Of a DNA stretch of 64,000 nt, positions 44,640 to 54,552 are shown in pieces. This stretch comes from a virus. Each line of letters opens with the position of its first letter. Position 1 is the first letter of the stretch. The notes under the pieces are model-generated. The model ran no database searches. It worked only from the letters and a program-made list of their open reading frames with translations, and was not told where the DNA came from. Location of the stretch: the IMG/VR virus record IMGVR_UViG_3300032223_002232, positions 32,001 through 96,000 of that record; one strand, 5' to 3'. Both the position numbers and the translations under genes were made by a program.

Positions 44640-45569
44640 ATGGACAAATATGTAATTTTTCACATTGATGGTGGTTGTGGCAAGAACATTGTTGCTACAA
44701 GTGTCGTCAAATCAATCAAATCGGCTTATCCAGAACATAAATTAATAGTAGTAACTGCTTATCCAGAAGTTTTTGTTCATAATCCCAATATTTTTAGGGT
44801 TTATAAGTTTGGAAATATACCATATTTCTATGATGACTACATTAATGGTAAGGATTCAATCATTTTAAGGTCTGAGCCTTATCATTCTGGTGATTTACTA
44901 TATCGCAAGAAGTCATTAACCGAAATTTGGTGTGATGTTTTTAACATTCCATGTGTTGATACTAAGCCAAATATATATTTGACTGAAAGGGAGCTTATTT
45001 TCGCTCAAAATAAGTTACAAAAAGAAGGTCCAATACTTCTAATTCAATCATCTGGTGGTGCTTTTAACCAAGAACATCCATATTCATGGTCAAGAGACCT
45101 TCCACCAGCTTTTGCACAAGAAATTGTTAATAGTGTTAAAGATAAATTTAGTAAAATTCTTCATATTAGAACTGAAAAACAACCAAAGCTTGAAAATACA
45201 ACATCTATAACTGATAATTTTAGAAATCTTTTCTGTTATGTTGCTTTATCAGATAAAATTCTTGGAATTGATTCATTCGCTCAACACACAGCAGCAGCTT
45301 TTAATAAAAAGGCTACGGTTGGTTGGATTTCGAATTCACCTATTGTTTTTGGTCATGAAATTCATGATAATATTTTAGCAAGTGGTGCAGAATCATTTAG
45401 GCATCGTATTGATTCATATCTTGAGGAAGATGATTGGACAGGTGGAAGATTCCATGAATGTCCTTATGATAATATTTCTAACCTTTTTGATAAAAATCAA
45501 TTCATCAAATCTATTTTAGGTTCTAAAACCGAACTTCTTTTTCAACCCAATCCAGAAATAGTATTATGA
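44640..45569 (+). CDS. GT9-like (heptosyltransferase-fold) glycosyltransferase
   Basis: GGCGKNIVATSVVKSIKSAYP and GIDSFAQHTAAAFNKK match the GT9 N- and C-terminal motifs. Confidence 0.75.
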   Translation: MDKYVIFHIDGGCGKNIVATSVVKSIKSAYPEHKLIVVTAYPEVFVHNPNIFRVYKFGNIPYFYDDYINGKDSIILRSEPYHSGDLLYRKKSLTEIWCDVFNIPCVDTKPNIYLTERELIFAQNKLQKEGPILLIQSSGGAFNQEHPYSWSRDLPPAFAQEIVNSVKDKFSKILHIRTEKQPKLENTTSITDNFRNLFCYVALSDKILGIDSFAQHTAAAFNKKATVGWISNSPIVFGHEIHDNILASGAESFRHRIDSYLEEDDWTGGRFHECPYDNISNLFDKNQFIKSILGSKTELLFQPNPEIVL

Positions 45570-46384
45570 TATTTTTCAATTCATCAATGCCTCGTAGTAT
45601 GAGTACGTTACTTCAATGTATTTTGAATCAAAATCCAAATGTTGCTGCAACACCTACTGATCCAGTTCTTGAATATCTTTATGGTGCAAGAATGAATTAT
45701 ACTAATACTCCAGAAGTAAAGGCTATTGACCCTGAATTAGCCCTTAAAACATGGAGAGGTTTTTGTTGGGGTGGATTAGAAGGTTATGCTAAATCATATT
45801 CGGATAAAGCTAATATTTGTATAAAAACAAGAGGTGGTACGATTCATTATAAATGGTTTGAAGCATTTATGCCCTATAAACCAAAAATGATTTGTATGGT
45901 TAGAAATCTTAAAAGTATAATTTCTTCAATGGAAAAAATTTATAGAAAAAGTCAGGAAAGTCATCAATCAATTCAAGATCACTCTAAAATGAGTGGAACG
46001 TCAACACCAAAAAGAGTTGATATCTGGATGGCTTCTCCTCCTGTTGGAATGGCACTTGAGAGGCTTCAACAGACAATGCTTGAAGGGATTAATAAAGAAG
46101 TTCTTTATATTCGTGCAGAAGATTTAACATCTTATCCTCAAAAGGAAATGGATAAAATTTATTCATATCTTGGACTTGAATCATTTAAACATGATTTCGA
46201 TAATGTAGAACAATCCATAAAAGAAGATGATTCTGTATATGGTCTAACACCTGATTTACACACAATTAAAAATAAAGTTCAACCCTTAACTCCTGATTAT
46301 AATGAGATTTTAGGTAAACAGGTTTGCGATTGGATTGATAATCAATACTCTTGGTATCAAAAGGGATTTGGTTATATCAAGTAG
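45566..46384 (+). CDS. PAPS-dependent sulfotransferase family protein
   Basis: 5'-PSB-like SMPRSMSTLL, 3'-PB-like MVRNLKSIISS and IRAEDL..P...M..IY.YLG. ATGA-coupled to the glycosyltransferase. Confidence 0.85.
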   Translation: MIFFNSSMPRSMSTLLQCILNQNPNVAATPTDPVLEYLYGARMNYTNTPEVKAIDPELALKTWRGFCWGGLEGYAKSYSDKANICIKTRGGTIHYKWFEAFMPYKPKMICMVRNLKSIISSMEKIYRKSQESHQSIQDHSKMSGTSTPKRVDIWMASPPVGMALERLQQTMLEGINKEVLYIRAEDLTSYPQKEMDKIYSYLGLESFKHDFDNVEQSIKEDDSVYGLTPDLHTIKNKVQPLTPDYNEILGKQVCDWIDNQYSWYQKGFGYIK

Positions 46385-46754
46385 TTGGTGGTGTTGGAAT
46401 AATAAATTCAACCCAAGTTTTTGTTGTTTCATCCCAAGTATAATACTTGCCATCTGTTGGATATTCTACAGGTGCTACCCAAAGATATGTTGATTTATCT
46501 AAAGACCAAGAAGGAAATGGCTGTGGTGCATAAAAACCAGTACCATCCCAATTATATCCAATACCTGCATAATTATAATTTAATGATACACCACCATCTG
46601 GTTCATTTGTATTTGGATCATAATGAACACCACCCTTTGTATTATATGATGTTTGAACCCAATCTGAACTATCTGGAAGTGTATTAATAAAATATTGTTC
46701 AGCAACAATTACTTGTTGAACTACATTATTTTTAACTTGTGCAAAATGACTCAT
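46377..46754 (-). CDS. Conserved hypothetical fibre-associated protein
   Basis: Likely start MSHFAQV at 46754 after GTAAATA. WVQTSYN, NYAGIGY and PQPFPSW motifs are typical of genes next to Gly-rich genes. Confidence 0.75.
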   Translation of the reverse strand: MSHFAQVKNNVVQQVIVAEQYFINTLPDSSDWVQTSYNTKGGVHYDPNTNEPDGGVSLNYNYAGIGYNWDGTGFYAPQPFPSWSLDKSTYLWVAPVEYPTDGKYYTWDETTKTWVEFIIPTPPTT

Positions 46755-46770
46755 ATTTTTATATTTACCC

Positions 46771-48375
46771 TTATGCTGTAAAAGTGCTAGATGTATTGAA
46801 TGTTGAAGTTGCAGTAATATTACCATTAATGTCAGTTATTTCTATTACTACAACGCCAGAACCACCTGCTCCACCAGTTCCAACTGCTCCAAAATTTCCA
46901 GCAGTTCCCGATCCTCCACCTCCACTATTTGCTAAACCAGCAACACCGGGACCAGTAATTGCTGAATTTTGTGAGCCGCCGCCGCCAGTACCACCAACGC
47001 CATAACATCCACTTCCACCACCAGCTATCCAATAATTACCATTATATAATTCACCTGCGGTAGAATTTGAAATTGGATTGATTATACCAATTCCTCCATT
47101 TCCACCAGTACCGCCTCCAACACCACCAGCACCACCACCGCCGCCAGCATATGATCTACCACCATTATTACCTTGTCCGGGTACACCAAATCCACCTATT
47201 CCACTACCATTATTAGGACCACCTGCTCCACTTCCAGAACCACCTGAAAGACCATTGATTAAACTGCTGCCACTGTATGATACACCACCACCGCCGCCTA
47301 TTGCTATTAAAGGACCAAATGCTGAACTTTGCCCCTGAGTACCAACGCTACCGGGAGCACCACCTGCTCCACCACCGCCTACAATAACCTGATATGTTTG
47401 ACCTGCTTTTAATAAATAAGATAAAGAAACTACACCACCAGCACCACCGCCTGATCCTGATCCACCACCGCCTCCACCAGCAACTATTAAAATTTTTGCT
47501 AATAATAAGTTACCATAATAAAAATAATCAGATCCAGTAAAAGTATGAACCCATGTATAAGGTATTGTACTTAAAAATGTAGATGCTATAACAGTCGGTC
47601 CTGCTGAAATTAATTGTGTATTACTTTTATATGAAATAATACCTACACCAGAACCGCCATTGCCGCCATAATAATAACCACCTCCCGCACCACCGCATGT
47701 ATTTTTAGAACCTGAAGCACCAGTTTTGTTTATACCACCGTTGCCACCTCCACCTAAACCACCGCTGCCTGATAAAGAACCATTTTGAGATCCACCGCCT
47801 CCACCGCCTCCAAGCCAATAGTTACCAGCTGATAATTGTCCAGAAGTTGAATAATTAATTACATTAACTACACCGATACCTCCGCTACCACAAATGGTTG
47901 AACCAATACCATCACCACCAACTCCTCCTGCGCCTCCACCGCCGCCACCGCCATCAAAACTATTACCTAATCCTCCTTTAAACCCTTGACCTAAAATACC
48001 GGAGCCAACAGCAAAAAAAGGAAATCCCAACCAAGCAACACCACCACCACTTCCTCCTGATCCAGCATCAAACCCTGACCATCCACCATAGCCTCCACCG
48101 TTTGATGTTAAAATTCCAACTAAACTGGAATTATTACCATTAGTACTTGGATTATTTTGAGGATGAGTTCCAGCAGAACCACCAGCCCCAATATTAATAT
48201 AAAAAGTTTGGTTATATGGTAAATTTATATTACCATAAATAATACCACCTGCACCAGCACCTCCACCACCATAGGAATAGTTAGCACCGCCTCCACCGCC
48301 TCCACCAGCACCTAAAATATATTGAAATCCTGCATTAGTGTCAGCTACAATACCACTATTAAAAGCAGAATTCAT
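46771..48375 (-). CDS. Protein with two tandem glycine-rich domains
   Basis: Two copies of 'GAGGGGGG...GGGAGG...GGSGVxII'. Confidence 0.8.
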   Translation of the reverse strand: MNSAFNSGIVADTNAGFQYILGAGGGGGGGANYSYGGGGAGAGGIIYGNINLPYNQTFYINIGAGGSAGTHPQNNPSTNGNNSSLVGILTSNGGGYGGWSGFDAGSGGSGGGVAWLGFPFFAVGSGILGQGFKGGLGNSFDGGGGGGGAGGVGGDGIGSTICGSGGIGVVNVINYSTSGQLSAGNYWLGGGGGGGSQNGSLSGSGGLGGGGNGGINKTGASGSKNTCGGAGGGYYYGGNGGSGVGIISYKSNTQLISAGPTVIASTFLSTIPYTWVHTFTGSDYFYYGNLLLAKILIVAGGGGGGSGSGGGAGGVVSLSYLLKAGQTYQVIVGGGGAGGAPGSVGTQGQSSAFGPLIAIGGGGGVSYSGSSLINGLSGGSGSGAGGPNNGSGIGGFGVPGQGNNGGRSYAGGGGGAGGVGGGTGGNGGIGIINPISNSTAGELYNGNYWIAGGGSGCYGVGGTGGGGSQNSAITGPGVAGLANSGGGGSGTAGNFGAVGTGGAGGSGVVVIEITDINGNITATSTFNTSSTFTA

Positions 48376-48381
48376 GATATA

Positions 48382-48882
48382 TTATGATGCTAAATCACCA
48401 AACAATACCCAACCTGTTGTTCCGGTATATAATAAGGTGGCAGCTGAATATTGTTTAGTTGTTTTATAAAAACCATTAGATTGGTTGATTGTTATATTTT
48501 GACCTGATACTGCAATTCTTGAACTACTTAATTGCAATACACCAACTTGAAATCCAATAGGATAACTTGTTCCAACTACAGTAGCGGTTAAACCTCCTGT
48601 TGAATTTGTTGAAGCAATAGTAGTACCATTATCTGAAAGTTGGAATGTATAAGTTGTATTTCCTGTTGTTGTTATTTGTGTACCACCAGCAAAAATTCCA
48701 GCTGAAAAAGTACCACTGACATAAAGATTAACTGCACTAATTGAAGGTGAACTTAAGGATTTAGTAAATGTACCGACTTGTCCATAAAATTTAACAGCAC
48801 TAATTGATGGTGAACTTACTGATTTAGTAAATGTTACATCGTCGTTGAATTGAAATTTTTGTGTTTCTATTTGTAAAGACAT
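48382..48882 (-). CDS. Small fibre-associated protein
   Basis: Internal duplication TFTKSxSSPSISAV and C-terminal QYSAATL..WVLFGDL. Confidence 0.7.
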   Translation of the reverse strand: MSLQIETQKFQFNDDVTFTKSVSSPSISAVKFYGQVGTFTKSLSSPSISAVNLYVSGTFSAGIFAGGTQITTTGNTTYTFQLSDNGTTIASTNSTGGLTATVVGTSYPIGFQVGVLQLSSSRIAVSGQNITINQSNGFYKTTKQYSAATLLYTGTTGWVLFGDLAS

Positions 48883-48885
48883 ATA

Positions 48886-51117
48886 TTATGAAGTGTAATC
48901 CCAAAGTTGAATTGCTTTATTTGTACCGTTAATATTTACTATGAGAAAATAACCAGATGCAGTAACTGGATTATTAAATGTACTTGGTGTTTGCATTATT
49001 GCTAAATTATTTACATATGTTGTATTATCCGCATCAGATGTTAAATCAGAACCAATAGCAAATGAGTTGTTATGTGTTACAACATTACCACAACCACCAA
49101 GAATTGATGAACAATATCCAGAAGCAATATTACATTTACCACCAGCTACATTGGAGTAGCATCCAGAAGCTGTATTATTATAACCGCCCGATATAGTAGA
49201 AGCTAATCCGCTACTGTTATTTTGACAACCACCACCAACACTTGCACTATTTCCATTAACAGTATTTTGATAGCCTCCACTTATTGTTGAATTATATGCA
49301 GCTAAACATGAACAATTGTAATAACCACCACTAATTGTTGACGTACTACCTGATGCATTATTACCATTTCCTCCACCGATAACTGAAGTATCTCCACAAG
49401 AAGTATTATATAGACCACCAGATACAGTAGAACAATTTCCAGATGCAGTATTACAAAGACCACCGGCTACGTTAGAAGAATATCCAGAAGCAGTATTATT
49501 ACCAGCCACAGGTTTAATGGAGTCTACACCAGTTCCAGACGTATAAACACTTGTTGCACTAGGAAACCCAGTTGCATTTGATATATCACCATATATAGCA
49601 CCACCAACAATTAAATCTTGTGATACAAAAACACCATTATCAAAATTAAGAGATAATGTATTTGCACCATTACCAATATCATTGGCACTTAAACCATCAG
49701 AAATAACTACTTCATTACCATAACCTTCAATTAATGAAGCAGATAAAACATCATTAACGGTTAAATTATTAAATATACCATTTGTAGAATATAAATTTTC
49801 AGCTGTTATGTTTGTTGCTGTTAAATCTGTAAGAATTTGAGAGTCAATAGTTCCTTGGAAATGACCATAAATATAACGACTAGCACTTATATCACCAATA
49901 ACTGTTAATTCAGTATTTGGCGAATTGGTATTAATACCAACCTTTCCTAATCCTTCAAACGGTGCATTTTTTATATTAAGAACTGAAACATCATATTGGC
50001 TAACAAAATTAGCAATATCATAATTTCCGTTTACTTGTTGTGCATAAATTGTAGGACCAACACCGGGATTTACAAGACGTAATGAACTAGTGTTTATTAC
50101 TGATGTATTGATGTCTACTCTTGTTCCTAATGTTGATAGGTTGCCATAAACAGTTAAATTATGATCAATAACAGAATCACCAAAATGTGCAGATGGTGAA
50201 TATAAAAGCGTACCTCTTAATTGTCCTTCTGATGAAAGATTATTTACAAATGTAGTATTATGAACATCAGTTGATATTTTTGAACCTAGAATAAAACTAT
50301 TACTACCACTTAAAGAATTTTGTCTACCAGCTAAAATTGCAGAATGTATACCTGATATAAAATTATCAGATCCAGCACCGATAAATGAAAATGATTCATC
50401 ATTTGTAATTTCATCATAATCTGGATATGGTATACCGTTATAACTACCCTCATCACATATAATAGTATTTCTTCCACCAGAACCAATAAATGCACCTTCA
50501 CTATTGTTTAAAATAGAATTGCAATAACCACTAACAATAGCAGAACATTCACCATTAATTATATTATTACATCCACCACCAATAAATGATAGACTTGAAT
50601 CTACTTCATTTAAGTATCCACCAACTATTGATGAATATGTACCATACATTTTATTATAACGTCCACCATTTATATTTGAATATAAAGGTTGACCTAGAAA
50701 TGAATCATATATCTCATTATCACCTTGTGTTGCTTTAATCGAACTATTAGAAAATACCATTGTATATGGTAAATCATCAGCATATAATCTTCCGTATGTG
50801 GCACTTATATCTCCAAAAACAGTTAATTTTGAGGTTGGAAGTGCAGTTCCTATACCAACATTATTATTATTAATAGTTAATGTATCTGAATAATTTGTAA
50901 ATTTTCTAGAATTACCATATATTTCATCAACTGTAATTACTGGAAAATAATATACAGTATCTGGTGCTGTATATGTATTACTTGATGGTAAACCTAAACT
51001 TGGTTCTACCGAATTAATGTTTATAAATCCATTATAATACGCATTTGTATTAATATATGGATCTAATAAACTCTTTAATTTAAAATTTTCACCTACTGAT
51101 GTTGGTTGCTGTGACAT
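48886..51117 (-). CDS. Fibre protein with beta-roll repeats (SxIxGGxxN)
   Basis: Shares the VEPSLGLP N-terminal module. Has two arrays of ~14-aa SxIxGGxxNxxxG repeats and VGIGT/VGINT motifs. Confidence 0.75.
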   Translation of the reverse strand: MSQQPTSVGENFKLKSLLDPYINTNAYYNGFININSVEPSLGLPSSNTYTAPDTVYYFPVITVDEIYGNSRKFTNYSDTLTINNNNVGIGTALPTSKLTVFGDISATYGRLYADDLPYTMVFSNSSIKATQGDNEIYDSFLGQPLYSNINGGRYNKMYGTYSSIVGGYLNEVDSSLSFIGGGCNNIINGECSAIVSGYCNSILNNSEGAFIGSGGRNTIICDEGSYNGIPYPDYDEITNDESFSFIGAGSDNFISGIHSAILAGRQNSLSGSNSFILGSKISTDVHNTTFVNNLSSEGQLRGTLLYSPSAHFGDSVIDHNLTVYGNLSTLGTRVDINTSVINTSSLRLVNPGVGPTIYAQQVNGNYDIANFVSQYDVSVLNIKNAPFEGLGKVGINTNSPNTELTVIGDISASRYIYGHFQGTIDSQILTDLTATNITAENLYSTNGIFNNLTVNDVLSASLIEGYGNEVVISDGLSANDIGNGANTLSLNFDNGVFVSQDLIVGGAIYGDISNATGFPSATSVYTSGTGVDSIKPVAGNNTASGYSSNVAGGLCNTASGNCSTVSGGLYNTSCGDTSVIGGGNGNNASGSTSTISGGYYNCSCLAAYNSTISGGYQNTVNGNSASVGGGCQNNSSGLASTISGGYNNTASGCYSNVAGGKCNIASGYCSSILGGCGNVVTHNNSFAIGSDLTSDADNTTYVNNLAIMQTPSTFNNPVTASGYFLIVNINGTNKAIQLWDYTS

Positions 51118-51165
51118 AGATTACAATATACTTATATTGTATTCACTCTTAAATTAAAGATTTAT

Positions 51166-53025
51166 TTAAGCTGTTGGTGTAGCTGGTGTTTCAGTTGGGG
51201 CTTCGGTTCCAGCAACAGGTGATACTTCAGTTCCAGCCGCAGGTGCTGTTTCCGCTGGAGTTTCACTACCAGTAGTTTCACCTCCACCAAATTCAGGAAG
51301 AGGACCACCGCCACCACCTGATGGTGGTGTTTCACCACCAGCGGCTGAAGCTGCTTCTTCCGCTGCTTGAATATGTTCTCTCCAATTTGGACCAGTTTGA
51401 GCAATTTGATCAAGTTCCCATTTAAGAGCAGCATCTTTTCTTAACCATTCCATGTTTTCGCTGATTCTGGAATCGTTATATTCAAGATAATGACGTTGAG
51501 CAAATGTTTTTGAAATTGATTCATTTTGACTCATATCACTAAAGAGTTTCATCTTAAGTTCTAGTTCCTGATTCTTTCTAATTGCAAAGAAATTAGATGG
51601 TGGATTGAACTCTAATTGGAAATATGACTCGTGAAGTTTATATTCCTGCCACCAACCTCTTAATTTTAAGTGAGTAATAAATGCACCCTTTAAACCAGCT
51701 GCAAATTGTGACTGAAGACGAACAATAAATTTGGCAAACTTTAATTCTTCTCTTAATGTCTCTGTACCATCCTTGTAACCATCATCTGGATTAAGTCTTG
51801 TTGTTGGTACTTTAAGACTCTTATAAAGTTTATTAACAAAATACATCAAATCCTTGAGTTGATCAAGATTTTGTCCACCGGGGAGCATTTCTACATCAGA
51901 TCCAACTTCACCATTTCTTCTTGCAAACCAATATGAATCCAACATTGACTGTGGATTATAGATATTTGATGCGCCGGGGGTTTGTGATGAACCATCATAT
52001 GTTTTCTTATTCCAATATGATTGCATGAGTTGCTTCAAGTATGCTTCTGCCTTACTTGGAGGCATATTACCAACATCAATTTTAAATTTAAGACGCTCTG
52101 GTGCACGAACCATGCGGTATATAACGATAGAATCTTCAATAAGTGAAAGTTGTTTGTAAGCTCTACGGCAATTTTCAATAAATGGAATTCTTAATGTACA
52201 ATCTTCATTCCACATACCAGAATGAATATATGTAACTTGGTTTCCTTGGAATGTTACAATCTGTTGCTGTAATGCATTAGCAGGATTTGGTTGAGTATTT
52301 GGTTGTGGAAGAGTTCCATTTTTAGTATCTTGTAACGAAATAGGTTTCTGAAATAAGAAATTTTCAATAACAGCATTTTGAACATTATTGTAAATTGGAT
52401 TTATTAATTCTGATGGAATTTGTAATACACCAATAATACCTAAGTTTCTATTCTTATCATGAATAATATTTTCAAAGAAAATTTCAGCTTCTGTTAAAAA
52501 GTGTCTACAATAAGACCAACCTTTACTTTCAAGTTCAAATATATTAATAAACTTGTAAAATTCCTTTTCAATTTCAGTTCTTTCTTCTGCTTCTAATTTA
52601 GATGATGTTGAAAATTTAATTTTTATAACTCTTCCATTTTCATCTTTGTTAATGAACTCGTCACATATTTCATCCAAACAATCATTAACTTCTGCATAAG
52701 CAGCCATTCTACGATACTCGGCAATTCTTCTAACTTTGTCAGCATCTACATTAGCATAAATGTATTTGTGATAATTTTGACTTGAACCAAATGCATATGG
52801 TCCATACATGTCATTATTTTGCATCAATGGTCCTGTGACCACTGACTGTTGCATTAATTTAAAATCTCTTCTCTTTGATAACCTATCAAATAACTCATAT
52901 TTTGGGTTATTAACATCAGCTTCTACCGTATTTTGAACATATGGCAATTTAGATAAAATAGAAGAAACAAAGTTTCTACTACCATTATCAGGTTGTCTAT
53001 TACTTGGTGAAATAAAATCTGCCAT
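51166..53025 (-). CDS. gp20: Portal protein
   Basis: YRRMA, IEDSIVIYRMVRAPER..FKIDVGNMP..KAEAY, LPGGQNL, LYKSLKVP and REELKF. Confidence 0.97.
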   Translation of the reverse strand: MADFISPSNRQPDNGSRNFVSSILSKLPYVQNTVEADVNNPKYELFDRLSKRRDFKLMQQSVVTGPLMQNNDMYGPYAFGSSQNYHKYIYANVDADKVRRIAEYRRMAAYAEVNDCLDEICDEFINKDENGRVIKIKFSTSSKLEAEERTEIEKEFYKFINIFELESKGWSYCRHFLTEAEIFFENIIHDKNRNLGIIGVLQIPSELINPIYNNVQNAVIENFLFQKPISLQDTKNGTLPQPNTQPNPANALQQQIVTFQGNQVTYIHSGMWNEDCTLRIPFIENCRRAYKQLSLIEDSIVIYRMVRAPERLKFKIDVGNMPPSKAEAYLKQLMQSYWNKKTYDGSSQTPGASNIYNPQSMLDSYWFARRNGEVGSDVEMLPGGQNLDQLKDLMYFVNKLYKSLKVPTTRLNPDDGYKDGTETLREELKFAKFIVRLQSQFAAGLKGAFITHLKLRGWWQEYKLHESYFQLEFNPPSNFFAIRKNQELELKMKLFSDMSQNESISKTFAQRHYLEYNDSRISENMEWLRKDAALKWELDQIAQTGPNWREHIQAAEEAASAAGGETPPSGGGGGPLPEFGGGETTGSETPAETAPAAGTEVSPVAGTEAPTETPATPTA

Positions 53026-53068
53026 ATTGTATTATATTTACATTTTTTCTATAAAAATCAATTATTTA

Positions 53069-54550
53069 TTAGTATAAACCCGGTGACCTTGTTGGCGTTG
53101 GTGTTGGATTACTAGTCTTAGTTGGAGTTGATGTTGGTACGTTTGTATAAATTGGTGTTGATGTAACGTTAACTGATGGTGTAATGCTAGGTGTAATGGT
53201 TGGTGTGTTTGTAGGCATTACTGTGTTAGTTGGAGTGTTTGTAGGTGTATTTGTAGGTGTATTTGAAACAGTCCTAGTAGGGAATGGCGTTCTTGTAATT
53301 GTTGCTGTAATTGATGGTGTTGGTGTATTTGTTGGTGTGTTAGTATTTGTAGGTGTGTTTGTTGGAGTATTTGTAGGTGTGTTTGTTGGAGTATTTGTAG
53401 GTGTAACCGTAATAGAAACCGTTATTGATGGAGTAGGTGTATTTGTTGGAGTATTTGTAGGTGTGTTTGTTGGAGTATTTGTAGGTGTTTCAGTATTTGT
53501 GGGTGTATTTGTTGGAGTATTTGTTGGAGTTTCAGTATTTGTGGGTGTATTTGTAGGTGTGTTTGTAGGTGTAACTGTAGGCGTTACTGTGTTTGTAGGT
53601 GTAACTGTGTTTGTAGGTGTATTTGTAGGTGTAACTGTGGGCGTTAATGATTTTGTAGGTGTATGCGTGACAGTATGAGTTGGTGTGACTGTATGAGTTG
53701 GTGTGACTGTATGAGTTATTGAAGGGGAAGGTGTGTTTGTCGGTGTAACAGTATAAGATGGTGTAACTGTTTTTGTGATAGTTGGTGTATTTGTTTGTGA
53801 AGGTGTAACTGTTACGGTTGGAGTATTTGTTGGTGTAACCGTAGGAGTTACAGTTGGAGTAACTGTATTTGTTTTTGTTGGAGTTTTTGTAATTGTTGGT
53901 GTTTGGCTTACGGTTTTTGTTATAGTATTGGTTGGTGTAAATGTTGGTGTATTAGATGGTGTGTTTGTAGGAGTTACGGTTGGTGTAACTGTAGGTGTAC
54001 TTGTAGGAGTTATAGTTGATGTTACAGTTGGTGTCGCTAAAGATGGATTTGTTGGTGTTACTGATGGTGTTGATCTTGGTAATACTGGTGCAATGTAAAC
54101 ATGTATACCAGATATACTTGGTGATTGAATATCAACAGCACCACTCCATGAACTTAAAAATGGTACAACACTACCATTTGTCAATGTACCATAACCCGCT
54201 TCGTTTTCGACTATGATATCAATGTATCCAGTTGTTTTTGGTATTTGTGGTAAAGTGAATGCAATATAATTTTCTTTATATATAAAAATTGGTATTATAA
54301 CTCCACTAAATGGTGGGTTGTATGATGATAAATTTTTTATATTAGAAAAATGATTTATATAAGTTAAATTATCAAACATATTAATGTCTGATGCACTTAA
54401 ATAAACAGCAGTTAAATTTTTAAGATCTTTTCCATGAACTAAAATGTTTAAATCTTTATCTGTAAAAAATGCAGAGTTATTTAAATATATTGTTTCATGA
54501 TTAACACCATGAATCAACGGTTTAGCATATATAAAAAATTCTTCGCTCAT
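53069..54550 (-). CDS. Protein with IPT/Ig-like N-terminal domain and ~330-aa C-terminal Thr/Pro/Asn mucin-like tail
   Basis: GYIDIIVENEAGY, then (TPTN/TPTV)n to the C-terminus; lies between gp15 and gp20. Confidence 0.8.
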   Translation of the reverse strand: MSEEFFIYAKPLIHGVNHETIYLNNSAFFTDKDLNILVHGKDLKNLTAVYLSASDINMFDNLTYINHFSNIKNLSSYNPPFSGVIIPIFIYKENYIAFTLPQIPKTTGYIDIIVENEAGYGTLTNGSVVPFLSSWSGAVDIQSPSISGIHVYIAPVLPRSTPSVTPTNPSLATPTVTSTITPTSTPTVTPTVTPTNTPSNTPTFTPTNTITKTVSQTPTITKTPTKTNTVTPTVTPTVTPTNTPTVTVTPSQTNTPTITKTVTPSYTVTPTNTPSPSITHTVTPTHTVTPTHTVTHTPTKSLTPTVTPTNTPTNTVTPTNTVTPTVTPTNTPTNTPTNTETPTNTPTNTPTNTETPTNTPTNTPTNTPTNTPTPSITVSITVTPTNTPTNTPTNTPTNTPTNTNTPTNTPTPSITATITRTPFPTRTVSNTPTNTPTNTPTNTVMPTNTPTITPSITPSVNVTSTPIYTNVPTSTPTKTSNPTPTPTRSPGLY

Positions 54551-54552
54551 TA

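Noticed and set aside
46739-47338. Pro-rich plus-strand ORFs (also 16809-17045)
   Set aside because: Antisense to Gly-rich coding sequence.
53184-54098. Plus-strand Val/Gly ORFs
   Set aside because: Same antisense artefact from the TP tract.
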